A stretch of DNA of 32,000 nucleotides, taken from assembly GCF_900187275.1 (NCBI RefSeq), contig NZ_LT906458.1, positions 1,650,001-1,682,000 on the forward strand, given 5' to 3'. Positions 18,731 through 27,289 of the stretch are shown here, in pieces. A program made the translations under genes and the position numbers. Origin of the DNA: Pasteurella multocida. Its GTDB lineage: Bacteria > Pseudomonadota > Gammaproteobacteria > Enterobacterales > Pasteurellaceae. The stretch's first letter is position 1, and each line of letters starts with the position of its first letter. The notes under the pieces are model-generated. The model was given only the letters and a program-made list of their open reading frames with translations, made no database searches and had not been told where the DNA came from.

Positions 18731-20191
18731 TTATTTTGCTGGAATCGCAGCTAACAACTTCGTCAGTAGCGCCCAATAGGTTTGTACCGCAGGAATATGC
18801 ACTTTTTCATCTGGTGAGTGCGCATTACGGATCGTCGGTCCAATTGATACCATATCCATATCCGGATAAATCTTTTTCAGTAAACCGCATTCTAAGCCTG
18901 CATGGATCACTTTCACAACCGGAGCATAGCCCAAGACGTCGGCATAGACCTTTTCCGTTAATCCGACAATAGGCGCATCATTATGTGGCTCCCAACCAGG
19001 ATAATAGCCACTCAGCGTCATTTCTGCGCCTGTTAACGCGGCCAATGATTTTAATAAACTGCCAATATAGCGATTACCACTATGAATGAGTGAACGAATC
19101 AAAATCGTCCCTTTAATTTCATTTTCTTCGGTACGTAATACACCAATACTTAACGAACTTTCCACAACATTCTCTAACGCATCACTATTACGGATCACGC
19201 CATTTGGCAGTACATTAAGTAAATGAATGACTTTTTGCGTCGTGTTTTGTGAAAACACTGTATCCGCATTCTCGACAGGTTTCAGCGTCAATGACAGATT
19301 AGGTTCAACTTTCACTAACTCATGTTTTAATATCCCCTCAAACTCACTGACTGCTTGTTGTAAAGTGGCTAAATCCTCATTAAAAGCAAGTGTTGCAAAG
19401 GCTTCACGAGGAATCGCATTACGCACCGACCCACCACGAATATCACTTAATGCAAATTGGAAGTCTGGCTTATCTTGGGTAAGTTTGGCTAAAAAACGGG
19501 CAAGTACTTTAATCGCATTTGCACGACCAGTATGAATATCACCACCTGAGTGTCCACCAGAAAGCCCTTTTAAAATAAGCTGATAACTTTGTTCAAAAGT
19601 ATTCAGCTTACGCTCAATTTCCAACGTAATATTGGCATTTTCACCGCCCGCACACCCAATGTAGATTTCACCGTTTTCTTCCGTATCGGTGTTGATCATG
19701 ATTTCACTTTGTAACCAATTTGGACGTAACCCAATCGCACCTTCCATGCCAGACTCTTCTGTCATAGTCAATAAGACTTCTAACGGAGGATGTACCAAAT
19801 CATCACTATCTAACACCGCTAACGCAGACGCCATACCAATTCCATTATCAGCACCAAGTGTTGTCCCTTTTGCTTTTACCCACTCACCATCAATATAAGG
19901 TTGAATAGGATCTTTGGTAAAATCATGCACGGTACCTTCATTCGCTTGAGGCACCATGTCTAAGTGCGCTTGTAATGCCACCGGCACATGGTTTTCCATA
20001 CCCGCACTGGCAGGTTTACGAATCAAAATATTGCCGACTTCATCACGCTCAGCATAAAACCCTTTGCCTTTTGCCCAATGCACAATGAATTGTGCAATTT
20101 GCTCTTCATGATAAGACGGATGTGGAATAGCGCAAATTTGGCTAAACCATTTCCATAATAATGTTGGTTGTAGTGTTTTGATTTCTGACAT
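18731..20191 (-). CDS. pepD: Aminoacyl-histidine (Xaa-His) dipeptidase, M20 family
   Basis: 486 aa with typical PepD sequence (HLDMV, GADNGIG, EESGM). The start was moved to the ATG at 20191 (MSEIKTLQP...), 6 nt after GAGGAG. Confidence 0.93.
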   Translation of the reverse strand: MSEIKTLQPTLLWKWFSQICAIPHPSYHEEQIAQFIVHWAKGKGFYAERDEVGNILIRKPASAGMENHVPVALQAHLDMVPQANEGTVHDFTKDPIQPYIDGEWVKAKGTTLGADNGIGMASALAVLDSDDLVHPPLEVLLTMTEESGMEGAIGLRPNWLQSEIMINTDTEENGEIYIGCAGGENANITLEIERKLNTFEQSYQLILKGLSGGHSGGDIHTGRANAIKVLARFLAKLTQDKPDFQFALSDIRGGSVRNAIPREAFATLAFNEDLATLQQAVSEFEGILKHELVKVEPNLSLTLKPVENADTVFSQNTTQKVIHLLNVLPNGVIRNSDALENVVESSLSIGVLRTEENEIKGTILIRSLIHSGNRYIGSLLKSLAALTGAEMTLSGYYPGWEPHNDAPIVGLTEKVYADVLGYAPVVKVIHAGLECGLLKKIYPDMDMVSIGPTIRNAHSPDEKVHIPAVQTYWALLTKLLAAIPAK

Positions 20192-20349
20192 TGTGGTCTC
20201 CTCTTCAGAAATATGTACGCCTGTTCTGCTCATAAAAAATACGAAAAAAATCAGTAAAATTATAGCATAAAAGGCGATTTCGCGTTATCCTAACGCAATT
20301 TTTTAATTTATGGGTAAATTTTACCCCCTCTTTGTCAAAAGGTGTATTT

Positions 20350-20811
20350 ATGAGCGAAAAATATGTAGTGACTTGGGACATGTTCCAAATGCACGCGCGT
20401 AAATTATCGGAGCGCTTACTTCCTGCTTCACAATGGAAAGGCATTATTGCTGTCAGCCGTGGTGGATTATTTCCTGCGGCAGTACTTGCACGTGAACTGG
20501 GCATTCGTCATATCGAAACCGTCTGTATCGCTAGCTATCACGATCATGTTGAACAAGGCGAATTAAAAGTATTACATCGTGCCGAAGGTGATGGCGAAGG
20601 TTTCATCGTAGTGGATGACTTAGTGGATACAGGCAATACAGCACGTGCTATCCGTGACATGTATCCAAAAGCTAAATTTGTGACGGTATTCGCAAAACCC
20701 GCCGGTGCGGCATTAGTTGACGATTATGTGATCGATATTCCACAAAATACTTGGATTGAACAGCCTTGGGATTTAGGTTTAACCTTCATACCACCATTAG
20801 CCAGAAAATAA
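20350..20811 (+). CDS. gpt: Xanthine-guanine phosphoribosyltransferase
   Basis: 153 aa. The N-terminus [19 protein letters not shown] aligns with the start of E. coli Gpt, and the PRPP motif [11 protein letters not shown] is present. The track start at 20332 adds six unsupported residues. Confidence 0.95.
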   Translation: MSEKYVVTWDMFQMHARKLSERLLPASQWKGIIAVSRGGLFPAAVLARELGIRHIETVCIASYHDHVEQGELKVLHRAEGDGEGFIVVDDLVDTGNTARAIRDMYPKAKFVTVFAKPAGAALVDDYVIDIPQNTWIEQPWDLGLTFIPPLARK

Positions 20812-20841
20812 TCACAACGTTATTTTCGCTTTTCAAACATA

Positions 20842-20874
20842 AAAAATGCGAGTAATTAACTCGCATTTTTTGTT
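20842..20874. repeat. Left copy of a 33-nt direct repeat containing a bidirectional terminator hairpin
   Basis: aaaaatgcgagtaattaactcgcattttttgtt is identical to 30316-30348. The stem is aaaaaatgcgagt/actcgcatttttt (13 bp in this copy) with a 5-nt loop. It lies between the gpt stop and the uxuA stop. Confidence 0.85.
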
Positions 20875-20885
20875 TTACGCGTTTA

Positions 20886-22070
20886 TTATCTTTCAAAATA
20901 AACTTTTTTGAGAGCTAACTCCAATCCTCTAAATTCTGCTAAACCTTTTAGCCGACCAATTGCTGAATAACCTGGATTTGTTTTTTTATTCAAATCATCA
21001 AGCATTTGATGACCATGATCAGGACGCATTGGAATTAAACGACCATTTCCATTAGCTTTTCGTCTGTATTCTTCCGTTAAGAGAGCTTTGACAACATTAA
21101 ACATATCCACATCGCCTTCTAAATGTGCCGCTTCGTGAAAACTCAGTGGATTTTCTTCACGACAAGTAGAACGTAAATGTGCAAAGTAAATACGATCAGA
21201 GAATTGTTCCGTCATTTTCACTAAGTCATTATCTGAACGAACTCCATAAGATCCCGTACACATTGTAAAACCATTCGCCGCTAATGGTTGAGTTTTGACA
21301 AACCACTGCATATCCTCAATTGTCGAAACAATACGTGGGAGACCTAAAATTGGACGAGGAGGATCATCAGGATGAATTGCCATTTTAATCCCCACTTCCT
21401 CTGCAACAGGAATAATCTCATTTAAGAAATACGCCAAATGCGTACGAAATTTCTCTGGCGTGATATTTTGATAACGATCTAGCTGCCCTTGAAATTCACT
21501 TAAAGTATAACCTTCTTCCGCGCCAGGCAAGCCCGCAATAATATTATTCGTCAATTGTTGAATATCCTGCTTACTCATTTTTTCAAAATAGGTTTTTGCT
21601 TGCGAGCACTCTTCAGCAGAATAACTTTGCTCTGCATTTGGGCGTTTTAAAATATATAATTCAAAGGCAGCAAAGGCGATATGGTCGAATCGTAAAGCTT
21701 TTGAACCATCTGGCATTTGGTATGCCAAATCTGTCCGAGTCCAATCTAATACAGGCATAAAATTATAACACACCGTATCAATACCACATTTGGCAAGATG
21801 ACGTAGCGTCTGTTTATAATTTTCGATCCATTGTTGATATTGCCCTGTTTGTGTTTTAATTTCTTCATGAACAGGCACACTCTCCACGACTGACCAAACC
21901 AAACCAGCTTTTTCAATATCTGCTTTACGCTTCTCAATCTCTTCCACTGACCAAATTTGCCCATTTGGAATATGGTGAAGCGCAGTAACGATTCCTGTTG
22001 CACCTGCTTGACGAATGTCTGCTAATGAAACCGGATCTTGGGGGCCATACCAACGCCATGTTTGTTCCAT
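20886..22070 (-). CDS. uxuA: Mannonate dehydratase
   Basis: 394 aa, collinear with E. coli UxuA from [10 protein letters not shown] to the C-terminus. The start was moved to the ATG at 22070, preceded by GGAGA. Confidence 0.96.
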   Translation of the reverse strand: MEQTWRWYGPQDPVSLADIRQAGATGIVTALHHIPNGQIWSVEEIEKRKADIEKAGLVWSVVESVPVHEEIKTQTGQYQQWIENYKQTLRHLAKCGIDTVCYNFMPVLDWTRTDLAYQMPDGSKALRFDHIAFAAFELYILKRPNAEQSYSAEECSQAKTYFEKMSKQDIQQLTNNIIAGLPGAEEGYTLSEFQGQLDRYQNITPEKFRTHLAYFLNEIIPVAEEVGIKMAIHPDDPPRPILGLPRIVSTIEDMQWFVKTQPLAANGFTMCTGSYGVRSDNDLVKMTEQFSDRIYFAHLRSTCREENPLSFHEAAHLEGDVDMFNVVKALLTEEYRRKANGNGRLIPMRPDHGHQMLDDLNKKTNPGYSAIGRLKGLAEFRGLELALKKVYFER

Positions 22071-22527
22071 AAAATTCTCCATTTAAGATTATTTGGCCTG
22101 TAAATAATGTTCACTCATCCATCGACATTGATACTTTTCTTTCGCTACCTTTTTAGGGAGAGTTTACTTTTATCAGTTTTTCTAACTATTTTATTGATTA
22201 TGATTTATAAGATTTATTGATGATATATTCTGGGTACATTTCATATTAATACAATAATCCTTAAATTATTCTTAACAGAGTTATATATGATGTAATATGA
22301 AAATAGCTAATTACTTTCCAGAGGCTTATATATCCATTAAATGGAAATCTTAATAACTTAATTGGTACTGTGTCACTTAAACACATCCTATTTAAGTTCA
22401 TCATAAATAAAACAATCAATATTAGTTATTGAAAAAGCAGTAACGATAAATTCATTATTTACTAGACCGTACTAGATTAACGTAGTAAATATTATTCTTT
22501 TGTAAAACGTTCTTTGATGATTTAAGT

Positions 22528-23274
22528 TCATATTCCAACAACAACAGGATTCCGATTAAATAAATAACCATCAAAATCAGGATCATCAAGATCAGATAAT
22601 TCAAATAATTTCTGTTTTACATTTTCAAGATGCTGCCACATGGCTTTTTTAGCAAGCGCAGGATCTTTTCGTTGGATACTATTGAGAATTGCCTCATGAT
22701 CTTTTAACCATAAGCGACGATAATGATGCACTTTAATATGCGAATGAAGCCCTTTCCACATTGGATTCGAACGATATTTCCATAGATCTTTTTGCATCTG
22801 AATTAAAACTTCATTCTGCGTTATTTCAGCAATCGCAGTATGAAATTCTTCATCTTCAGAATAATCATCATTACCACCTTGCTCTAACGTAACATATTCA
22901 CGCTTTAAAATTTCTTTCAATCGTACAATATCATTACGGTTCGCTTGAATTGCTGCAAATTCGGCAATACTGCTTTCTAATAATTGTCGAGCTTGCAACA
23001 ATTCAAATGGTCCTACATCTAAATAATCAAAACTATCATTACTGCTTGGTAAATTAATGATATAGACACCAGAACCCTTTCTAACAGAAATTAAGTTTTC
23101 TAGCTCCAACATAATTAATGCTTCTCTAACGACAGTACGGCTGACATCAAAACGTTCTGCAATATCACGTTCTGGAGGTAATCGCTCGCCAATTGTATAG
23201 ATTCCTTTGCGGAGCTCATCTTTCAATAATTCACCAATTTTCTTATAAGATCGTAATGAATAGTTTTCACTCAT
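22528..23274 (-). CDS. GntR/FadR-family regulator, UxuR/ExuR-like (hexuronate regulon repressor)
   Basis: 248 aa with an N-terminal GntR wHTH (LPPERDIAERFDVSRTVVREAL) and a FadR-type C-terminal domain. It sits within a hexuronate gene block. Confidence 0.85.
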   Translation of the reverse strand: MSENYSLRSYKKIGELLKDELRKGIYTIGERLPPERDIAERFDVSRTVVREALIMLELENLISVRKGSGVYIINLPSSNDSFDYLDVGPFELLQARQLLESSIAEFAAIQANRNDIVRLKEILKREYVTLEQGGNDDYSEDEEFHTAIAEITQNEVLIQMQKDLWKYRSNPMWKGLHSHIKVHHYRRLWLKDHEAILNSIQRKDPALAKKAMWQHLENVKQKLFELSDLDDPDFDGYLFNRNPVVVGI

Positions 23275-23321
23275 AATTAAAAAGCCTCAAATATTCCAAC
23301 AATAACAGTACCAATCTAAAT

Positions 23322-23340
23322 ATTGGTATAACAAATTATA
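23322..23340 (-). promoter_or_regulatory. Regulator promoter -10 element abutting a UxuR/ExuR-type operator (autoregulation)
   Basis: On the minus strand, TATAAT (23340-23335) is followed directly by ttgttataccaat. On the plus strand this reads ATTGGTATAACAAA at 23322-23335, matching 12 of 14 positions of ATTGGTATACCAAT. Confidence 0.45.
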
Positions 23341-23356
23341 ATTTAATATAACATAC

Positions 23357-24326
23357 CTACTGCAGTTTACGGATCTCTTCTACAATTTTATATGTGTCAG
23401 GATCTGTTTTTTGTAATTCTTCATACATTGGGATAACCGCAGCTTTGAATGTCGACTTATCTACTTCTACAAATGTTGAGCCTTGCTTAATCGCAGATTC
23501 TCTTTCTTTATTTTCAGAAGCAACCCAAAGCTCTTGCATTTTAGCAGTAGCCTCATCAGCAGCTTGTTTCAATGCTCGTTGTTCATTTTCACTCAAAGCA
23601 TCCCATATTTTTGTTGAGATGACTAACACATCTGGCACCATTGTGTGTTCATCTAAACTAAAAAGATACTTCACTATGACGGCTCAATGTATAAGATGGA
23701 ATATTATTTTCAGCAGCATCAACTACTCCTTGCTGAAGCGCAGTATAAAGTTCACCATAGGCTAATGGTGTTGGGTTTCCCCCCAAGAATTGCACCATAT
23801 TTACGGCTGTCGGACTAGGCTGGACTCGTACTTTCAAACCTTTTAAATCCTCAGGTGTTTTAATTGGTTTTGATGTATAAAAACTTCTTGCGCCAGCATC
23901 TAAGTAAGCTAAACCAATAAAGCCATTTTCTTTTGAAGACTGTAAAATATTTTGTCCAATCGGACTTTCCATCACTTTATAATAATGTTCCTTACTATTA
24001 AATAAATAAGGCAAATTATATACGCCATATGGCTTACTAAACGCTTCTAGCTCAGCGGCATTCGATTTTGCTAATGCTAAAGCTCCTTTTTGTACAAGTT
24101 CCAAAGATTCACGTTGTGAACCAAGTTGAGCATCCGGGTAGACTCGGATTTTTAGTGCTCCATCTGTTAATGTTTCAGTACGCTTAGCCATGTATTGCAA
24201 TACTTCATGAACTGGATGGGATCTATTTTGATTATGGCTTAATTTTAACGTAGTGCTCGCTAACGCATTAAAAGACAATCCTAGAACAACTGTCGTAATC
24301 ACTGTATTTAATAAGAATCTTTTCAT
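23357..24326 (-). pseudogene. dctP: TRAP transporter substrate-binding protein DctP, disrupted by a frameshift near 23658-23674
   Basis: Two overlapping ORFs (24413-23658 and 23674-23357) together reconstruct one DctP-family protein. The upstream frame ends ...NNIPSYTLSRHSEVSF*. The downstream frame continues (V)KYLFSLDEHTMVPDVLVIS.... The signal peptide is MKRFLLNTVITTVVLGLSFNALA, with the likely start at 24326 (6 nt after AAGGGG) or 24332. Confidence 0.75.
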
Positions 24327-24373
24327 CTTCATCCCCTTTATCATTAAATTCACATCAGACCAAAAAATAATAT

Positions 24374-24385
24374 TTGGCACACCAA
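24374..24385. promoter_or_regulatory. Second UxuR/ExuR-type operator core in the dctP leader
   Basis: TTGG-caca-CCAA, about 45 nt upstream of the dctP ATG. It has the same TTGG-N4-CCAA geometry as the perfect palindrome at 24458-24473. Confidence 0.35.
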
Positions 24386-24430
24386 TATTTGTATTTTTTC
24401 GCATTTCAGTCAAAACAATTTATTAAAAAA

Positions 24431-24446
24431 TGAGATAAAGATCACA
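24431..24446. promoter_or_regulatory. CRP site (dctP side)
   Basis: TGAGA-taaaga-TCACA matches 9 of 10 core positions. A TGAAAT -10 candidate on the minus strand at 24408-24403 fits class II spacing. Confidence 0.5.
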
Positions 24447-24457
24447 AAAAAACACAA

Positions 24458-24473
24458 AATTGGAATTCCAATT
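24458..24473. promoter_or_regulatory. UxuR/ExuR-type operator, 16-bp perfect palindrome
   Basis: AATTGGAATTCCAATT, a perfect inverted repeat with TTGG-N4-CCAA geometry like the enterobacterial UxuR/ExuR box AAATTGGTATACCAATTT. It is central in the dctP/dctQ divergent region. Confidence 0.6.
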
Positions 24474-24480
24474 ATAAAAA

Positions 24481-24496
24481 TGTGACAATGATCTCA
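24481..24496. promoter_or_regulatory. CRP site (dctQ side)
   Basis: TGTGA-caatga-TCTCA matches 9 of 10 core positions. A CATTAT/TATAGA -10 candidate at 24513-24521 gives class II spacing of about 40 nt. Confidence 0.5.
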
Positions 24497-24555
24497 TTTA
24501 AAATGAGAAAATCATTATAGAATTCGTTTCATGTTATAGACTCAAGGGGTTTTTT

Positions 24556-25044
24556 ATGGAAAGATTTTTAAAATTGGTGAACCAAATATTAATCTATTTC
24601 TTAGTATCGCTTTCCTCCGTTCTCGTAGCCTGTGTCATTTGGCAAGTTATCTCTCGCTATATTCTCAATGCAGCAAGTATTGTGACTGATGAACTAGCTC
24701 GTTTTCTCTTTATGTGGGTAGGTCTTATCGGGGCAGCTTATGCAACGGGGCTAAAAAGACACCTTGCGATTGACTTATTACTCATGAAAAGTAAAGGGAA
24801 AAATAAGACTATTCTTGAAATCTTCATTTCTTGTGTGATGCTCTTTTTTGCAGGATTTGTTCTCGTTTATGGTGGCGCTAATCTTGCATGGGATACGCAT
24901 ATATCTGGACAAATTTCGCCATCACTTGGTATAGACATGGGAATTATTTACCTTTGTTTACCTGTTTCTGGAGCAATTATGGTGTTCTATATTCTTATAG
25001 ACCTCGTTTCAAAATTTGATAAAACGGGTCAACAACTTAATTAA
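24556..25044 (+). CDS. dctQ: TRAP transporter small permease DctQ
   Basis: 162 aa with four hydrophobic helices. It lies immediately upstream of dctM, and an AAGGGG RBS precedes it. Confidence 0.88.
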   Translation: MERFLKLVNQILIYFLVSLSSVLVACVIWQVISRYILNAASIVTDELARFLFMWVGLIGAAYATGLKRHLAIDLLLMKSKGKNKTILEIFISCVMLFFAGFVLVYGGANLAWDTHISGQISPSLGIDMGIIYLCLPVSGAIMVFYILIDLVSKFDKTGQQLN

Positions 25045-25058
25045 GGAGCAATTTACTT

Positions 25059-26369
25059 ATGGAATGGACAAGTATTCTCGCCCTTTTTGGTTCTTTCATT
25101 TTAATGTTAGCGCTTTCCGTACCAATTTCTTTTGCGATTGCGATTTCAACATTAATTACAATTATGATTAGTTTACCATTAGATAGTGCCCTAACTGTTG
25201 TCACTCAAAAAATGGCATCTGGTTTGGATAATTTTGCGTTGTTAGCAATTCCTTTTTTTATTTTAGCAGGCAATATCATGAATCGTGGTGGCATTGCCAT
25301 CCGTTTAATTGCATTAGCAAAAGCATTAGGTGCTAGATTACCGGGATCATTATTCCACAGTAATGTACTTGCGAATATGTTATTTGGCTCAATTTCTGGC
25401 TCCGCTGTTGCTTCAGCTGCTGCAATGGGTGGGATTATGTCACCTTTACAAAAGAAAGAAGGTTATGATCCTGAAATTTCAGCCGCAGTCAATATTGCAT
25501 CTTGCCCAACGGGATTACTTATCCCACCAAGTAACACATTAATTGTTTATTCTCTCGTTTCAGGTGGTACATCCATTTCAGCACTCTTTCTAGCTGGCTA
25601 TTTACCAGGAATATTGATGGGATTAGGCATTATGCTTGTAGCTGGTTTTATTGCCAAAAAGAAAAAATATCCACTTGAACCAAGGCCAAGTTGCAAAGAC
25701 GTCATGTTAAAAACTATTGATGCGCTACCTTCTTTATTACTTATTTTCATTGTCATTGGCGGTATTATCGCTGGAATATTTACTGCAACAGAGGCTTCTG
25801 CTATTGCTGTAATCTATACTTTAGTGCTTGCTGTTGGATTCTATAAAGAAGTAAAAATTAAAGAACTCCCTGCGATAATCTTGGAATCAAGTGTAACAAC
25901 CGCAATTGTTCTATTACTCATAGGCGCTTCATCAGGTATGTCTTGGGCAATGGCAAATGCGGATATTCCTTATTTGATTCAAGATGCTTTACTCGCTGTT
26001 TCTGCTAATCCAATCGTTATTATGTTATTTATCACAGTACTCCTACTAATCGTAGGTACGTTTATGGATATGACGCCAGCGGTGTTGATTTTTACACCTA
26101 TTTTCTTACCTATTGCTATGGAATTAGGTATCGATCCCGTCCATTTCGGGATCATCATGACATTTAACCTCTGTATTGGTATCTGTACACCACCTGTTGG
26201 TAGCGCTTTATTTATTGGCTGTTCAGTAGGGCATGTGAGCATTGATCGCGTATTAAAACCGATGCTGCCATTTTTCATTGCGCTCATTGTTACTTTATTA
26301 ATGGTGACATTTATCCCTGATATCAGCTTATTGCTACCTAAATTATTCCTTAATTATTCACCAATGTAA
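25059..26369 (+). CDS. dctM: TRAP transporter large permease DctM
   Basis: 436-aa polytopic protein with DctM-family sequence (LLAIPFFILAGNIMNRGGI). An AAGGAG RBS precedes it. Confidence 0.92.
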   Translation: MEWTSILALFGSFILMLALSVPISFAIAISTLITIMISLPLDSALTVVTQKMASGLDNFALLAIPFFILAGNIMNRGGIAIRLIALAKALGARLPGSLFHSNVLANMLFGSISGSAVASAAAMGGIMSPLQKKEGYDPEISAAVNIASCPTGLLIPPSNTLIVYSLVSGGTSISALFLAGYLPGILMGLGIMLVAGFIAKKKKYPLEPRPSCKDVMLKTIDALPSLLLIFIVIGGIIAGIFTATEASAIAVIYTLVLAVGFYKEVKIKELPAIILESSVTTAIVLLLIGASSGMSWAMANADIPYLIQDALLAVSANPIVIMLFITVLLLIVGTFMDMTPAVLIFTPIFLPIAMELGIDPVHFGIIMTFNLCIGICTPPVGSALFIGCSVGHVSIDRVLKPMLPFFIALIVTLLMVTFIPDISLLLPKLFLNYSPM

Positions 26370-26418
26370 TTAAATCGTTTAGGTAAACATCGAATACTAT
26401 TACTAATAAGGAAAAATT

Positions 26419-27264
26419 ATGCAAATTCCATTTAATCATCAATTTAAAGACAAAGTTATCGTCATTACTGGCGCTGGCGGCGTATTATGTGGTTTCTTAT
26501 CTAAGCAACTCGCCAAAACAGGCGCTAAAATCGCCTTATTAGATATTAACCTGGAAATGGCAAACTATTTTGCAGAAGAGATCAATCAATCGGGAGGTAT
26601 TGCTAAAGGTTATCAAACTAATGTGTTAGAACTCAGTAGCATTCAAGCAACAAATGAGCACATTAAACAGGACTTTGGTTCCTGCGATATCCTCATTAAT
26701 GGTGCTGGCGGTAATAATCCTAAAGCCACAACAGATAATGAATTTCATGAATTTGAATTACCTGAAAAAACCAAATCTTTTTTTGACTTAGACAAAAGTG
26801 GTGTCGAGTTTGTTTTCAACCTCAATTACCTTGGCACACTTCTTCCGACTCAAGTTTTTGTGAAGGAAATGATAGGAAAACAAGGCTGTTGCATTATCAA
26901 TATTTCTAGCATGAATGCATTTACCCCACTCACTAAAATTCCTGCCTATTCAGGAGCGAAAGCCGCTATCAGTAATTTTACACAATGGCTTGCTGTACAT
27001 TTCTCTCATGTTGGTATTCGTTGCAATGCGATCGCACCAGGTTTTTTAGTAAGCAATCAAAATCGTACTTTGTTATTTAATACTGATGGCAGTCCAACAG
27101 CACGAGCACATAAAATTTTAACCAACACGCCAATGGGGCGTTTTGGAGAAGCAGAAGAGTTAGTGGGAGGCATTTTATTCTTAATTGATGAACGCTATTC
27201 AAGCTTTGTGAACGGCGTTGTCTTGCCTATTGATGGTGGTTTCTCAGCTTATAGCGGTGTGTAA
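26419..27264 (+). CDS. uxuB: SDR-family oxidoreductase; probable fructuronate reductase / D-mannonate oxidoreductase
   Basis: 281 aa with TGAGGVLC (glycine-rich NAD site), NGAGGN, and the S...YSGAK catalytic pattern. It sits between the TRAP genes and uxaC and is the only candidate for the missing reductase step. The symbol is given by pathway role, not by homology to the long-chain E. coli UxuB. Confidence 0.65.
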   Translation: MQIPFNHQFKDKVIVITGAGGVLCGFLSKQLAKTGAKIALLDINLEMANYFAEEINQSGGIAKGYQTNVLELSSIQATNEHIKQDFGSCDILINGAGGNNPKATTDNEFHEFELPEKTKSFFDLDKSGVEFVFNLNYLGTLLPTQVFVKEMIGKQGCCIINISSMNAFTPLTKIPAYSGAKAAISNFTQWLAVHFSHVGIRCNAIAPGFLVSNQNRTLLFNTDGSPTARAHKILTNTPMGRFGEAEELVGGILFLIDERYSSFVNGVVLPIDGGFSAYSGV

Positions 27265-27289
27265 TAAGTTATTTTAAGGAGGAAATAAG

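Noticed and set aside
18685-18972. 95-aa plus-strand ORF after the DeoR regulator, and 99-aa minus-strand ORF 20205-20504 across the pepD/gpt intergenic region.
   Set aside because: The first starts inside the terminator hairpin and runs antisense to the pepD 3' end. The second is antisense to gpt and its promoter. Neither has an RBS or a recognisable domain.
20192-20349. PurR-like box (acgcaatttttt) or other purine control element in the pepD/gpt divergent region.
   Set aside because: The match to ACGCAAACGTTTGCGT is limited to one half-site, and no dyad is present.
22361-22393. aattggtactgtgtcacttaaacaca as a UxuR operator plus CRP site for uxuA.
   Set aside because: Only one operator half-site (TTGG) is present. 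The TGTG...CACA arms are 9 nt apart instead of 8, and the element lies about 290 nt from the uxuA ATG. That is too weak to call, so I mention it only within the spacer finding.
23655-23680. Programmed frameshifting or slippage in the T5 run (tatctttttag on the coding strand) as the explanation for the split dctP.
   Set aside because: Correcting the frame at the T-run would give ...EVSFSLDEH and lose the conserved K-Y residues that the downstream frame encodes before the run. The shift must therefore lie upstream, at GAAGTAT. There is no slippery heptamer plus stimulatory structure typical of programmed frameshifting. A sequencing error is still not excluded.
23394-23765. 123-aa plus-strand ORF spanning the dctP frameshift junction. 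I considered it as a real gene replacing dctP.
   Set aside because: It is antisense to two segments that both translate into recognisable DctP-family sequence. It is Ser/Cys-rich with no RBS. The pseudogene interpretation explains the region better.
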